Positions 47,292 through 57,492 of a stretch of DNA of 64,000 nt are shown one piece after another. The DNA lies in assembly GCA_963837955.1 (NCBI GenBank), contig CAWIPH010000002.1, forward strand, positions 3,936,001 through 4,000,000, written 5' to 3'. Both the position numbers and the translations under genes were made by a program. How positions within the stretch are numbered: position 1 is the first letter of the stretch; the number at the start of each line of letters is the position of its first letter. The notes beneath the pieces were generated by a model. That model was given only the letters and a program-made list of their open reading frames with translations, was not told the origin of the DNA and searched no databases. The DNA is from an uncultured Verrucomicrobiae bacterium (lineage in GTDB: Bacteria > Verrucomicrobiota > Verrucomicrobiia > Chthoniobacterales > JAFAMB01).

Positions 47292-49769
47292 TTACAGATT
47301 CGTCGGATCCGATCCGAGATCGACATGTTCTGGGGGCGGCAAGTCCACTTTCGGGGGAGTCGCTTGCCGATCCAAGGGTCCGACCGGTTCTGCCCGGCGC
47401 ACTTCCGGCGTCGCAGCGGTCACGGGCAATGCTTTCGGCGCGGGGGTAAGCGTCGGACCGGCCTGAGCAATTTGCGGATTATCCTTTCGCGGCTTGGCCG
47501 CATCGTACGGATCGTTGCCGACAAGAGCCGGACCCTGCATCGTGACCGGCGGGAACTGAGCAACGTCCGTCGCGGTTGTGGCGCGCGGAATGTCCTGATT
47601 CCTCAACGTTTTAACAAACGAGCGGTTGTCGTCGCCATGCATCCAACAATGTTCTTTCGGCATTTGCTTTGCTGTGGCGAATTCAAAAAATGTTCCTTTG
47701 CGGGCAGGGAGATCCGGATCGTTCGAAACCGTGGAAAGCAACGAACACTTCGGTGCTGCGGGTAAACCTGTATTCAAACAAACCTCCACCCGCTTCAAAT
47801 CAATTGGGCGCCCCAGATCTCGTGGAGGGGTCTTGACCACCGAAGCGTTCATGATGGCCGTCCAAATCGGTAAAGCGATGTCATTCGCGAAAGCTCCGCG
47901 ATAGATGGTTTGCGGCCGGTCAAAACCAGCCCAGACTCCGCAAGTGATCTCGCTGTCGTACCCGAGAAACCAAGTATCGGTAAAGTTGTAGGCGGTACCT
48001 GTCTTGCCGGCGGCCGGGAAATTTTTCAAACCGTACGATTTCTGCGCTTTTGCGCCAGTCCCCGAGGTCAGCGCATCGGTCAGGAATGAGTGCACTTCGT
48101 ACGCGACACCTGGATCCAGCACGTTTTCTCGTTTGGGCTGAGCCCGAAATACCTCTTTCCCACTCTGCGTTTCAATTCGATTGACCAAAAACAGACTTTC
48201 CGGACGCGTCCCTCCGCCGGGGAACGTCGCGTAAGCTGTGACCATGTCTTCCAGGGTGACCTCGCTGCTGCCCAGGAAGGTAGCCGGGAATTGGCGCAAG
48301 TCTTCATCAATGCCGGCGTTTTTCGCAAGCTGGATTACCTTGTCGAGACCAGTTTCGATACCCAACCGGACTGTTGCCGCGTTTTTCGATTCAGCGAGCA
48401 CCTGCCGCAGTGGAATTGGTCCCTCATAGCGATTTTCGACTTGCTCCACTCCCCATTCACCCAGAATTCCGGTTGTGCCCCCGATCATCACCTGGCGATT
48501 GTCTAATGCCGAATCATCGGCCAAAGAGCCGGGAAAGATCCCTTTGCTAAAAGCAGCCGCGAAAACAAAAGGCGTAAACGCAGTTCCGGCCGGCCTTTTC
48601 GACTGGTAGATCCGGTTGTATTGACTCTGGCCGTAATCTCGGCCGCCTACCAACGCAACGATGCCACCCGTCCGGTTATCCACAGCCAGGACTGCGCCTT
48701 GTAGATAGTCAGGAGTCGGAGGATTGCCTCCTTCCTTGTGGCTCGCCTTCCAGGCCTTTAGCGTTTCTGAGTAATCGGTATAAGTTTGATGATGGTAATC
48801 GGTCCGATTCTCAACTTGGAGCAGCTGCTTTTTTACTGCCTCTTCGGCCGCCCGCTGGACGACCGGATCAATGGTCGTGTAGATCTTGTAGCCGCCACTC
48901 TCCAGAGATTCTAGATCGAGTTCTTCCTGGATCTGTTCGCGGACGTAGTCGATCAGATAAGACTGAAATACGACTTGGCCCTTCCGTCGAATATCTAGCG
49001 ATTTGCTAGCCTCCTCTTTGGCTTGCTGTTCAGTAATCTTGTGATTCTCCACCATTCTGCCCAGGACAAAATCCCGCTCGTTCATGGCAGCTTCTTTGCT
49101 CCGCCAGGGAGACAGATTGTTCGGACTCTTGAGCAGGCCTGCTAGCATCGCTGACTCGCCAATCGTCAAGTCTTTCGCCGACTTGCCAAAATAGCCGCGG
49201 GCAGCAGCTTCTGCCCCATAGAGACCGCCTCCGAAATAGACGCGATTCAGGTAATGCTCCATTATCTTGCTCTTGGGCAATGCCTTATCAACCCGCATGG
49301 CCAAGAACACTTCCAATATCTTCCGATCATACGTGCGATCTCGCAGATCAAACGCGTTCCGGGCAAGCTGCTGGGTTACAGTGCTTGCACCCTGCCGAAT
49401 ACGGCCGGCCTGAGTGTTCTTGAACGCGGCGCGAAACATACCCCAGAGGTCAACGCCGCTATGTTCATAGAATCGATTGTCTTCGGCAGAAATCACAGCA
49501 TTGACCAGATTCGGAGAGATCTGATCAAGGCTGACTGGCTCGCGATTTTGGATAAAAATTTTGCCGTAAACCTCCCCGTACCGATCGTAAACGACGCTGG
49601 CCGATTCGATTTCGTCCAACTTCTTTAAATCGAATTCGGCCGCCTTCCTTTCGTAGCGAACAATCACTCCAAAGTAAAAACAGGCCACGACAACGGAGAG
49701 CAATAAGACCAGACCGCCGGTTACAATGAACCAAATTCGTCGGTAAAATGGCTTTTCAGGTTCAGTCAT
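47292..49769 (-). CDS. Class A penicillin-binding protein (PBP1A family)
   Basis: N-terminal TM, EDNRFYEHSG and GASTVTQQL transglycosylase motifs, and KTGT. Confidence 0.92.
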   Translation of the reverse strand: MTEPEKPFYRRIWFIVTGGLVLLLSVVVACFYFGVIVRYERKAAEFDLKKLDEIESASVVYDRYGEVYGKIFIQNREPVSLDQISPNLVNAVISAEDNRFYEHSGVDLWGMFRAAFKNTQAGRIRQGASTVTQQLARNAFDLRDRTYDRKILEVFLAMRVDKALPKSKIMEHYLNRVYFGGGLYGAEAAARGYFGKSAKDLTIGESAMLAGLLKSPNNLSPWRSKEAAMNERDFVLGRMVENHKITEQQAKEEASKSLDIRRKGQVVFQSYLIDYVREQIQEELDLESLESGGYKIYTTIDPVVQRAAEEAVKKQLLQVENRTDYHHQTYTDYSETLKAWKASHKEGGNPPTPDYLQGAVLAVDNRTGGIVALVGGRDYGQSQYNRIYQSKRPAGTAFTPFVFAAAFSKGIFPGSLADDSALDNRQVMIGGTTGILGEWGVEQVENRYEGPIPLRQVLAESKNAATVRLGIETGLDKVIQLAKNAGIDEDLRQFPATFLGSSEVTLEDMVTAYATFPGGGTRPESLFLVNRIETQSGKEVFRAQPKRENVLDPGVAYEVHSFLTDALTSGTGAKAQKSYGLKNFPAAGKTGTAYNFTDTWFLGYDSEITCGVWAGFDRPQTIYRGAFANDIALPIWTAIMNASVVKTPPRDLGRPIDLKRVEVCLNTGLPAAPKCSLLSTVSNDPDLPARKGTFFEFATAKQMPKEHCWMHGDDNRSFVKTLRNQDIPRATTATDVAQFPPVTMQGPALVGNDPYDAAKPRKDNPQIAQAGPTLTPAPKALPVTAATPEVRRAEPVGPLDRQATPPKVDLPPPEHVDLGSDPTNL

Positions 49770-49902
49770 ATGAGAGACGGGCCTGACAGCTTTCACCACC
49801 CTGGGGTTGGTTCAAATAAAAAAACTCGGGCCTGTAACGATAGGCTATTTTGTTTCCAGCCACGTTCTCGCCATATTTGGGATAGTGCACTAGAGGAGAT
49901 AG

Positions 49903-51081
49903 GTGAGCGGATGCAACCCTTTGGCGGAGGAAATTTGCGATCATATCCGGGCGAGCGGTCCAATCTCGTTTGCTCGGTATATGGAGCAAGCACTCTACCA
50001 TCCGGTCTATGGATACTATGCTTCCGAGCGCACTCGAATTGGGCAGACCGGCGATTTCTTTACTAATGTCAGTGTCGGCCACCTTTTCGGAGAAATATTA
50101 GCGGGCCAGTTGATCGAGCTGTCTATTCTCCTCGCTGCGGCCGACGGTTTCAAACTGCTGGAGCAAGGGACAGAAAACGGGCAGCTAGCCAAAGATATTC
50201 TTAGTACACTCACTGCGGAGCCTCAGGCGGCCGAATGGGAGTACTGGATCGTCGAGCCCTCGGCCAAAAAAGCGGCCGCCCAAAAAGCACATATCGGCCA
50301 AACAACGATTCCCGTTCGCTGGGTCTCAGGCCTTGAGCCCTTGGACTCGCTCTCCGGCGTCATTTTTTGCAATGAATTGCTCGACTCTTTGCCATGCCAC
50401 TTGGTTGAGCACGACGGCACGGAGTGGACCGAAATCTGCGTAGGAGAGAAAAGTGGAACCCTTGATTTCGTCCGCGGGCCAATCGGGGATGTGACCCTGC
50501 TTCACCACGTAGAACGTTTGCCCAAACCTGCCTTCACCCCGTACCGGACCGAGGTCAATCTCGCGGTGTTGAATTGGATAAAATCAGCCGCTCGAGCTCT
50601 GAGCCGCGGCTATATTCTCATCATCGATTACGGGTTTTCGGCCGAAGAACTCTACTCACCCCTGCGAACGGAAGGTACTCTTACTGGCTACTATCAACAT
50701 CAGCGGCAAAAGGACCTGCTGCAGCGCCCTGGCGAGATCGATATCACGGCACACGTCGATTTCTCGGCGATTGCCCAAGCTGCATGTGACGAGGGCTGCA
50801 CTCTGCTTGGGTTCACCGATCAGCATCACTTCATGGTCGGCGCCGCTGAACAGCGACTTTTAGCAATTGAACGGTTAGCGAACCATGGAGCGATGCTCGC
50901 AGATCAACAACGGTTCCTGCGCGAGTACAAAAGCCTCATGCATCCGAGTACGATGGGCCTCGCATTCAAATACTTGCTTTTGGGTAAAGGGGGTGCGCCT
51001 ACCGAAGTTCCGTCCGGATTCAGATACGGCAGCAATCCCGCGGCGGCTCTGGGGTTGTCCTCATCCGAGGTGCGGTATTAG
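49903..51081 (+). CDS. MidA/NDUFAF7-family SAM-dependent methyltransferase
   Basis: GPISFARYMEQALY, GDFFT, NELLDSLP, IDYG and DITAHVDF motifs. Confidence 0.9.
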   Translation: MSGCNPLAEEICDHIRASGPISFARYMEQALYHPVYGYYASERTRIGQTGDFFTNVSVGHLFGEILAGQLIELSILLAAADGFKLLEQGTENGQLAKDILSTLTAEPQAAEWEYWIVEPSAKKAAAQKAHIGQTTIPVRWVSGLEPLDSLSGVIFCNELLDSLPCHLVEHDGTEWTEICVGEKSGTLDFVRGPIGDVTLLHHVERLPKPAFTPYRTEVNLAVLNWIKSAARALSRGYILIIDYGFSAEELYSPLRTEGTLTGYYQHQRQKDLLQRPGEIDITAHVDFSAIAQAACDEGCTLLGFTDQHHFMVGAAEQRLLAIERLANHGAMLADQQRFLREYKSLMHPSTMGLAFKYLLLGKGGAPTEVPSGFRYGSNPAAALGLSSSEVRY

Positions 51082-51188
51082 CAAACGATCTCACCATCAT
51101 GATGGGATCGCCTCGCCAGAAAAGATGCGTCGTACCGAAATAGGCGGCCGCCAAATTTGCTATCGGCTATCTGCTATTTGCTATTTCT

Positions 51189-53054
51189 TCAGAATCCCGA
51201 CGGATGCACATGATGGAATTCGGTCGCTTCCTGAAGCGCACGCGCAAACGCCAGCAATTTTCCATCTTCGTAATGTCTGCCTATGAACGTAATGCTCACC
51301 GGGGTTCCGGGGCCACCGATACTGTCATCATCACCGGTATCGACTGTCGGAGGTTTGGGTGCATCATTCTTTCGCAAGCCGTTCGGCACAATCACTGCCG
51401 GATGGCCGGTCAGGTTAGTGATAGCCAGTTGCGGACCGGAGCTTCTTGCTAAGACGACGTCATACTCAGCGAAGATCTTCTTCATTTCCCGAATGGCCAG
51501 AGTCCGTACCCGATTGGCCTGGATGTAATCGACCGCTGGATAGAAACGGGCGGCCCGAAACTGATTGGGCCAATCCTCAGAGCCTTGCTCCGTGAGCAGC
51601 TTATCTCGTCCTGACAGAGTGAGGTCATCGAATGCAGCTGCCGCCTCGGCGGTCAGCAGCGGGACCAGGGAATCAAACGGAAGATCAGGAAGATCCACGG
51701 GATGCGGATCAACGCCTAGCCGACGAACTTGTTGGAGGGCGGCCACATCGAATTGGTGATCATAAACTTGGCGCTCGTAGGTCGCATCGCGATTCGGCTG
51801 CTCATCGCGCCATTTCTTTAGCTCGGCCTCGGTCAATCCTTCTGGCTGCTTGTCCGGTTGCGGCATTTGATCGAAATCGGCCCGCACATAGCCAACTTTA
51901 AGCTGTTGCCAGTTGAGGTTAGCATCCCAGGCGAACGGTGCCGGAATCACACTGAGATCTGCATCATCGGGACCATAGATCGCCTGCATGACGAGCGCAC
52001 AATCTTCGACCGCACGACAGATCGGTCCCAGCTTATCCATCGTCCAGGCCAACGTCATTGCTCCGGTCCGCGGTACAAACCCAAACGTCGGTCGATATCC
52101 GGTCGTACCACAGCGGGTCGACGGCGACGAAATCGAACCGAGCGTTTCGGAGCCGACGGCAAACGCCACGCAGCCGGCAGCAGTCGCCGCAGCTGATCCG
52201 GCGGACGATCCGCTGGATCCCTGAGAGAGATTCCAAGGATTGCGGGTACGCCCCCCAAACCATTTATCTCCCATAGCAAGTGCGCCCAGCGTCAGCTTGG
52301 CCACGAGCACAGCGCCAGCCTCGTCCAAACGTTTCACGACCGTCGCATCCTCGTCGATTGATTGAGTCTCGAATCCGCCGGCACCCCAGGTGGTCGGATA
52401 TCCACGCACGGCTAGCAGGTCTTTGGCTCCCCAAGGCATGCCGTGTAACGGTCCGCGATATTTGCCCGCAGCTATCTCTTCGTCCGCCTTTTTAGCCTGC
52501 GCCCTCGCCTTCTCCTCCGTCAGGGTGATTGTGAAATGGAGTTTTGAATCGAACCGCTTCAACCGAGCGAGATACATCTCGGTGAGCGCAAGAGAAGAGA
52601 CCTTTTTCTGACGAATCAATTCGCCAAGTTCTCGGACAGTGGCAAACGCCAAATCCTCCAGGTTGGCCGGGACACTTACGATTGCGGGTGCGGCACTGAT
52701 CGCTTTGACCGTCCGATCGATTGGCGTTTCCATCGCGAAGCGGCAATCAAGACCGAGCAACGGATCAAACCGAAACGCTGGCGGCACATTGTTGGTGAGG
52801 CGGACTTCTCGCACCTTCGTGATACTGGTCCGCTGGTCACGGAGTTGCGACAGCATCGCCTCCTTCTGGTCCGGTAAGATGGTGATACCGGCCAATTCTG
52901 CCGCTTGATCAATCGTTTCTGAAGTGACCGGTTTTGTTGGGGTGGCAGACGCTAGCGCGTAAAGCGCTCCCATAAAAAAACTAGAGACGATTCCAACGCC
53001 ACCGCAGATCGTTAAAAACTCCCTTCGACTCGGACTAGAAGAAGCTTGGCTCAT
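51189..53054 (-). CDS. Amidase-signature family protein with Tat-like signal
   Basis: SRREFL twin-arginine motif, GPLHGMPWGAKD, GSSGSSAGS and GSETLGSI. Confidence 0.92.
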   Translation of the reverse strand: MSQASSSPSRREFLTICGGVGIVSSFFMGALYALASATPTKPVTSETIDQAAELAGITILPDQKEAMLSQLRDQRTSITKVREVRLTNNVPPAFRFDPLLGLDCRFAMETPIDRTVKAISAAPAIVSVPANLEDLAFATVRELGELIRQKKVSSLALTEMYLARLKRFDSKLHFTITLTEEKARAQAKKADEEIAAGKYRGPLHGMPWGAKDLLAVRGYPTTWGAGGFETQSIDEDATVVKRLDEAGAVLVAKLTLGALAMGDKWFGGRTRNPWNLSQGSSGSSAGSAAATAAGCVAFAVGSETLGSISSPSTRCGTTGYRPTFGFVPRTGAMTLAWTMDKLGPICRAVEDCALVMQAIYGPDDADLSVIPAPFAWDANLNWQQLKVGYVRADFDQMPQPDKQPEGLTEAELKKWRDEQPNRDATYERQVYDHQFDVAALQQVRRLGVDPHPVDLPDLPFDSLVPLLTAEAAAAFDDLTLSGRDKLLTEQGSEDWPNQFRAARFYPAVDYIQANRVRTLAIREMKKIFAEYDVVLARSSGPQLAITNLTGHPAVIVPNGLRKNDAPKPPTVDTGDDDSIGGPGTPVSITFIGRHYEDGKLLAFARALQEATEFHHVHPSGF

Positions 53055-53593
53055 GCTATGAAAATGTTTTTGTCACTGTCTGTTATCGCCCGCTGCAACG
53101 TTTTTGAGGAACTTGAGGCACAGGTGCACAAATTCCAAAGATACGGAGCACTACTTTCGACGACTCCCGCAAAACCGTTTTATTCCGGCTGGGGGTAGAG
53201 GAACGAAAGCAGGCGCGAATCACTTTGACATGAGTCACGGCACTCTCGTCCAGCGCGAAAAACAGCTGGAGTACGAGTATTCGCCTTCGAGCAAATTTCC
53301 GTCTGGTATAGCACCCTTCCGAGTCTTAGGTTCAGGTTCTGAAGGCCGAGAAGCGCGATTGGATTGGAGCCGTTCGAGACGCTATCGAAGAATTCTGACG
53401 AATGAAAACAAGCAAGACCAAAATCAAACCGGCACCGCCCGCAACGGCCGTGAACGCAGTAGATCGCCAAAAACAAGCTGGGCTCCAGCTAAGTGGAAAG
53501 AAAACCCGGGTGCGCGGGCATTTGCGTGCCGCTACTGGCATAAAGCAGAGTCAGCGGGACCGTCGCATCCCCTGATCGGCAAACAGTTATGTC

Positions 53594-53639
53594 CCGGGGA
53601 GGGGACTCGAACCCCTAAGGATTGCTCCACCAGATCCTA
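53594..53639 (-). repeat. att direct repeat: 46-bp copy of the tRNA-Leu 3' half
   Basis: Identical to 62180-62225. Confidence 0.92.
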
Positions 53640-54072
53640 CGACGGAGTGCCACCCGACAGTAATCCCGGCTCAAACCAGCCGATCGAGGATCGACACCAA
53701 GACGGACAGCAAAAGCTCTTCCCTGAGTTCTGGCCTTTGTTCGAAGGCGACGACCAGCAAAGACCCGCCAACACTGAACGCTGTCGAAGGCAAGTGTAGC
53801 AGTAAACGTCTCCCATTGACGCCGAATAGATCGAAGCGTCTAGTGGCGGACCGCTCAGAGACCTTTCGGCCAAAGGCGTTCCTCCTGACCCTGCGACAAG
53901 GATGTTACTCGTGACGTGAGAAAACCCCGCAGCAGATCGTTCGGCGACAAACCATCCTAAAACTCCGGGAGGAGACAATGAAAATACGCTTACCACTCGC
54001 CCTAACAGGGTTAGGCAATCGGCTTTGCTGCCTCGCGGGAAGTCAAGAACATCCAAAAGGAAATACAAAACC

Positions 54073-54339
54073 ATGAACTACGTGCTCCTACATCACAAAG
54101 CTGCCGACTTTTCCAAGTGGAAGTCGGTTTATGATGCTCATTTATCGACTCGTCAGAAAGCGGGTCTCAAACAAGAACATCTGCTTCACAATATCGACGA
54201 TCCAAGCAAGGTAGTCCTGTTGTTTGAAGCAGAAGATGTCCAAAAGGCAAGAGAGCTTGTCGCCTCAGACGATTTACGTGAGAAAATGCAAGCGGGCGGA
54301 GTAATTGATAAGCCGGATATCTACTTTCTTACTACTTAA
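54073..54339 (+). CDS. Small dimeric alpha-beta barrel (ABM/cyclase-like) protein
   Basis: HKAADFSKWKSVYD...DDPSKVVLLFE...MQAGGVIDKP pattern. Confidence 0.7.
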   Translation: MNYVLLHHKAADFSKWKSVYDAHLSTRQKAGLKQEHLLHNIDDPSKVVLLFEAEDVQKARELVASDDLREKMQAGGVIDKPDIYFLTT

Positions 54340-54611
54340 AGCTTGTGGGTTCAAAGCACCGCCGGTGGAAGAACAACACCACACGGCGGTAAGCCCCAAA
54401 TTTTCCGCTTCCGGGTATGGATTTAGTCTGAGATAATTTGCGAACCGGGATTTGATTCTAACTTCCGCATCGATCGGGACCGACGAACCCGAGATGGGTA
54501 CTATGGTGAGGATGGGGAAGACCCGAACACTGTGCGGTAGGAAACTTCAGCCAGAGCATTCGCGATGTTCATAATAAGTATGACTGCAGCTAGGATTACC
54601 AAGGGCCCGTT

Positions 54612-55097
54612 TCATGTGATCTCGAAGATGACCTCCACAACGACAGGCGTGCCGATTGGCAGACTTTGAACGCCGTACACCATCCGCGCGTGACCGTTTT
54701 CGATGACGGTGCATCGGATCTGTTTGTTCAACTGTTCGGCAGCGACGGCGGCGTGCTCGACAAACTGCTCCGTCGTGACCAGAACAACGCTCAGCTTCAC
54801 CAGCTTTCTTACACGATCCAGGTCGCCAAGATGCTGCTGCGCGACCGCCAAAGCGTTCATTGCGGCAATCCGCGTCGCCTCGCGGCCTTGCTCGATCGAG
54901 AGGTTTTCTCCGAGCCGTCCGGTTATGGAGAGTTTGCGATTCACCACCGGAAGCATCCCGCTCAGAAAGAGCAGCGAGCCGACCTCAGAAGCTTCGAGAT
55001 AGGCTCCCAAGGGCGTCGGTGCCTTTGGGAGCACTAGGCCGAGTTCGCGCAAGCGCGAACCCGGTTTGGCAACCGTGGAATTATTACCGACCGGCAT
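54612..55097 (-). CDS. RidA/YjgF-family protein carrying an internal 36-bp inversion
   Basis: LPKAPTPLGAY, LFLSGMLP and GHARMVYGVQSLP..PV.VE motifs. The conserved DGASDLFVQLFG segment is found on the opposite strand. Confidence 0.88.
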   Translation of the reverse strand: MPVGNNSTVAKPGSRLRELGLVLPKAPTPLGAYLEASEVGSLLFLSGMLPVVNRKLSITGRLGENLSIEQGREATRIAAMNALAVAQQHLGDLDRVRKLVKLSVVLVTTEQFVEHAAVAAEQLNKQIRCTVIENGHARMVYGVQSLPIGTPVVVEVIFEIT

Positions 55098-55809
55098 GGA
55101 CCCCTCCATCGACTCGGATGTTTTCGCCCGTTACGAAGGTGGCGTTCTGGAGATAGAGCACCGCGTCGACGATGTCAGAAATTTCACCCATCCGAGCGAG
55201 GGGGTGAAACTTCGCCAGCGCCGCGTGATCATCCTTGGCGTGCATCGGCGTGTTGATGTTGCCGGGCGACACCGTGTTGAACCGGATGTTGTTCGCCGCG
55301 TACTCCAACGCCAGCGCCTTACTCACAGCCGGCATCGGCGACTTCGACAGCACCGCCAAAAGTGCGGACACGGCGCCACTCGGTTGATCCGCCAGCACCG
55401 CCGAGATGTTCACCACATGCCCCGAATTTTGCTTCTTCATCTGTGGAATCACTTGCTGCGTCATGAAGAAGAAACTGGCCACATTGGTGTTCATTACTCG
55501 ATTGTAGTCGTCCTCGGTGTACTCAGTGAACGGCTTGGGTATGAAAATCCCTGCGTTGTTCACCAGCAGATCGACCCGGCCGAAATGCTTCAGGGCTGAG
55601 TCCACCACCTTGACGGCGGTTTCCTTCTTGCTGACCTCTCCATCCACAAGGACGAGATCCGGAGAAGGCTTAAGGTCCTTCGACTCACTGATCGTTCGCG
55701 ACGTGGCCACGACGCGCCAGCCGCGTTCGAGCAGCGCCTGGGTGATGCCCAGGCCGATTCCGCTGGAAGCGCCGGTGACAATGGCGACGGGTTGCTGGGT
55801 AGTGTTCAT
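55084..55809 (-). CDS. Short-chain dehydrogenase/reductase
   Basis: TGASSGIG, LVNNAG and VTGENIRVDGG motifs. Confidence 0.92.
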   Translation of the reverse strand: MNTTQQPVAIVTGASSGIGLGITQALLERGWRVVATSRTISESKDLKPSPDLVLVDGEVSKKETAVKVVDSALKHFGRVDLLVNNAGIFIPKPFTEYTEDDYNRVMNTNVASFFFMTQQVIPQMKKQNSGHVVNISAVLADQPSGAVSALLAVLSKSPMPAVSKALALEYAANNIRFNTVSPGNINTPMHAKDDHAALAKFHPLARMGEISDIVDAVLYLQNATFVTGENIRVDGGVHAGR

Positions 55810-55874
55810 CGTAGTTTTTCTGGTTTTAGCTGACGTTGTTAAGGTAAAAGAACGTTCATTCTGACCGATCCAAA

Positions 55875-56660
55875 CTAGTCAGATTGGGCGACACGGGATT
55901 GGTCGGCAGCCTCCTCGATGAGAGCCGCCACTTCCTTGGCGTGCGAGATGTAGAGGGCGTGGCTGGCTCCCTCCGCCTCCACTTTGTGGCTGTGCGCGCG
56001 CTCGGCGTACATGCGTTCCAGGTCGGGGTTGATGGTTTTGTCGGCCGTCGCCACCAGGTACCAGCTCGGCTTCAGTTTCCAGGCGGGATTGGTAATGGGC
56101 GTCGTGAACACCTTGACCGCAGTGAGCATCTGCGAGTGCGCCATGAACTCGGCCTGCTCGCGTGGCAGGTCGGCGGCGAAGTCTGCTGGGAAGTTCGCGG
56201 GATCGAGAAATACAAAGCCGTCCGATGTCTTGACCAGCGGTTTGGCGGAGTTGGGGAATTTCTTACCGTAGGTGGCCACGGTCTCGCCCTCATCCGGTGC
56301 GAGTGCAGCGATGTAGACGAGCCCGGCGACATGGGAGTCGTTGCCAGCCTCGGTGATGACGGCGCCGCCATAGCTGTGGCCAACCAGGATGCACGCGCCC
56401 GTTTGGCGATCAAGGATTCGCTTAGTCGCGGCGACATCCTCCTCCAGCGAGGTCAGCGGCTCCTGGACAACGGTGACGCTGTATCCGTCCTTGACCAGAA
56501 TGTCGTAGACCGGTTTCCAGCCCGAGCCGTCGGCGAAGGCGCCGTGCACCACCACGATGTTCTTGACCGGCGCGGCCAGCACGGGAACCGCCGTCCCGGC
56601 GAGGACGAGCAAGGCGGCGGCTGACACGAACGAATTCTTTAGGTTATTGAAAATCATCAT
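55875..56660 (-). CDS. Secreted alpha/beta hydrolase
   Basis: Signal peptide, VHGAFADGSGW, GHSYGG nucleophile and ASH. Confidence 0.9.
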   Translation of the reverse strand: MMIFNNLKNSFVSAAALLVLAGTAVPVLAAPVKNIVVVHGAFADGSGWKPVYDILVKDGYSVTVVQEPLTSLEEDVAATKRILDRQTGACILVGHSYGGAVITEAGNDSHVAGLVYIAALAPDEGETVATYGKKFPNSAKPLVKTSDGFVFLDPANFPADFAADLPREQAEFMAHSQMLTAVKVFTTPITNPAWKLKPSWYLVATADKTINPDLERMYAERAHSHKVEAEGASHALYISHAKEVAALIEEAADQSRVAQSD

Positions 56661-56711
56661 AAGAAGCTGTTGCACTGTTTTGGTTCGATCTTGCTCAACT
56701 AGACGTTGCTT

Positions 56712-56791
56712 GTAATTAGCTATATCTACTATTGAACATTACAGAGGTGAACTGATATCAGTAACTTGTCAAACGACAGTTTAAATATTAC
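56712..56791. promoter_or_regulatory. Pair of GTAA-N23-TTAC operator-like palindromes in the divergent promoter region
   Basis: Sites at 56712-56742 and 56761-56791; the same arrangement recurs at 61840-61918. Confidence 0.6.
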
Positions 56792-56801
56792 GTTGCCTTA
56801 T

Positions 56802-57443
56802 ATGTCTCACGCCTCCGAAGATGGCGGGACCAACCGTGCGGAATTTATTTTTGTTGGCACGCATCCGGCCATCGACTTTGCTAACACCCTTGTCCCCCCG
56901 CCCGGCCCGGGAATCGATTTTTTGCGGGCGTGGCCTGACGTGATCGACTGGCTCGGGGAGGCGAAGATTTCAACGGACGTACGTTTGGATGTATCCGCTG
57001 CTCGCCGGCCCGAGGCTCTCAAAAACGTATTGGAACTTCGCCGAGATTGGAAACAAGTGCTGGCATCGCTTGTCGCTGGCGGGAAAGTCAGCGATCATTT
57101 TCTCACGCGACTTAACCGGATCTTGGCTGTCGACAGTTTTCACGAGGTGTTACACCGAGTCGGCAAGAAGCAATTCCATCTTGTCCGCTCAACCTCCGAG
57201 TTGCAAGGGGATGTCCTCGCCCACGCCATTCTCGCCCGCCAGATTGCTCTCTTCCTCGCCGAAGCGAATCTGAGCTATCTCCGTCGTTGCGCCGACACCA
57301 GCTCGTGCGCCCTTTATTTCTACGACACGACGAAAAATCATCGCCGCCAGTGGTGTAGCGTAGCGACTTGCGGTAATCGTCACAGGGTTGCGGAGTTTCG
57401 TCGTCGGCAAAGCGAAGCTAAGGAATCGGCTTCTTCCCGCTAA
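56802..57443 (+). CDS. CGNR zinc-finger / ABATE domain regulator
   Basis: AIDFANT and RRCADTSSCALYFYDTTKNHRRQWCSVATCGNR motifs. Confidence 0.92.
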   Translation: MSHASEDGGTNRAEFIFVGTHPAIDFANTLVPPPGPGIDFLRAWPDVIDWLGEAKISTDVRLDVSAARRPEALKNVLELRRDWKQVLASLVAGGKVSDHFLTRLNRILAVDSFHEVLHRVGKKQFHLVRSTSELQGDVLAHAILARQIALFLAEANLSYLRRCADTSSCALYFYDTTKNHRRQWCSVATCGNRHRVAEFRRRQSEAKESASSR

Positions 57444-57492
57444 GGCGGTTGTAGCGTCACCGGCGCGCGGTGATAACTAGCTACTACCGGCA

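Noticed and set aside
53594..53639. Second tRNA-Leu gene
   Set aside because: Only the 3' half is present (no D-arm or 5' acceptor strand); interpreted as an att repeat.
53104..54074. ORFs 53104..53799, 53180..53476 and 53637..54074
   Set aside because: They cross or abut the att repeat, have atypical composition and show no motifs.
55884..56624. Long antisense ORFs in the tRNA-Leu island (e.g. 55884..56624, 59487..60056)
   Set aside because: Shadow frames of GC-rich genes with clear family motifs on the other strand.
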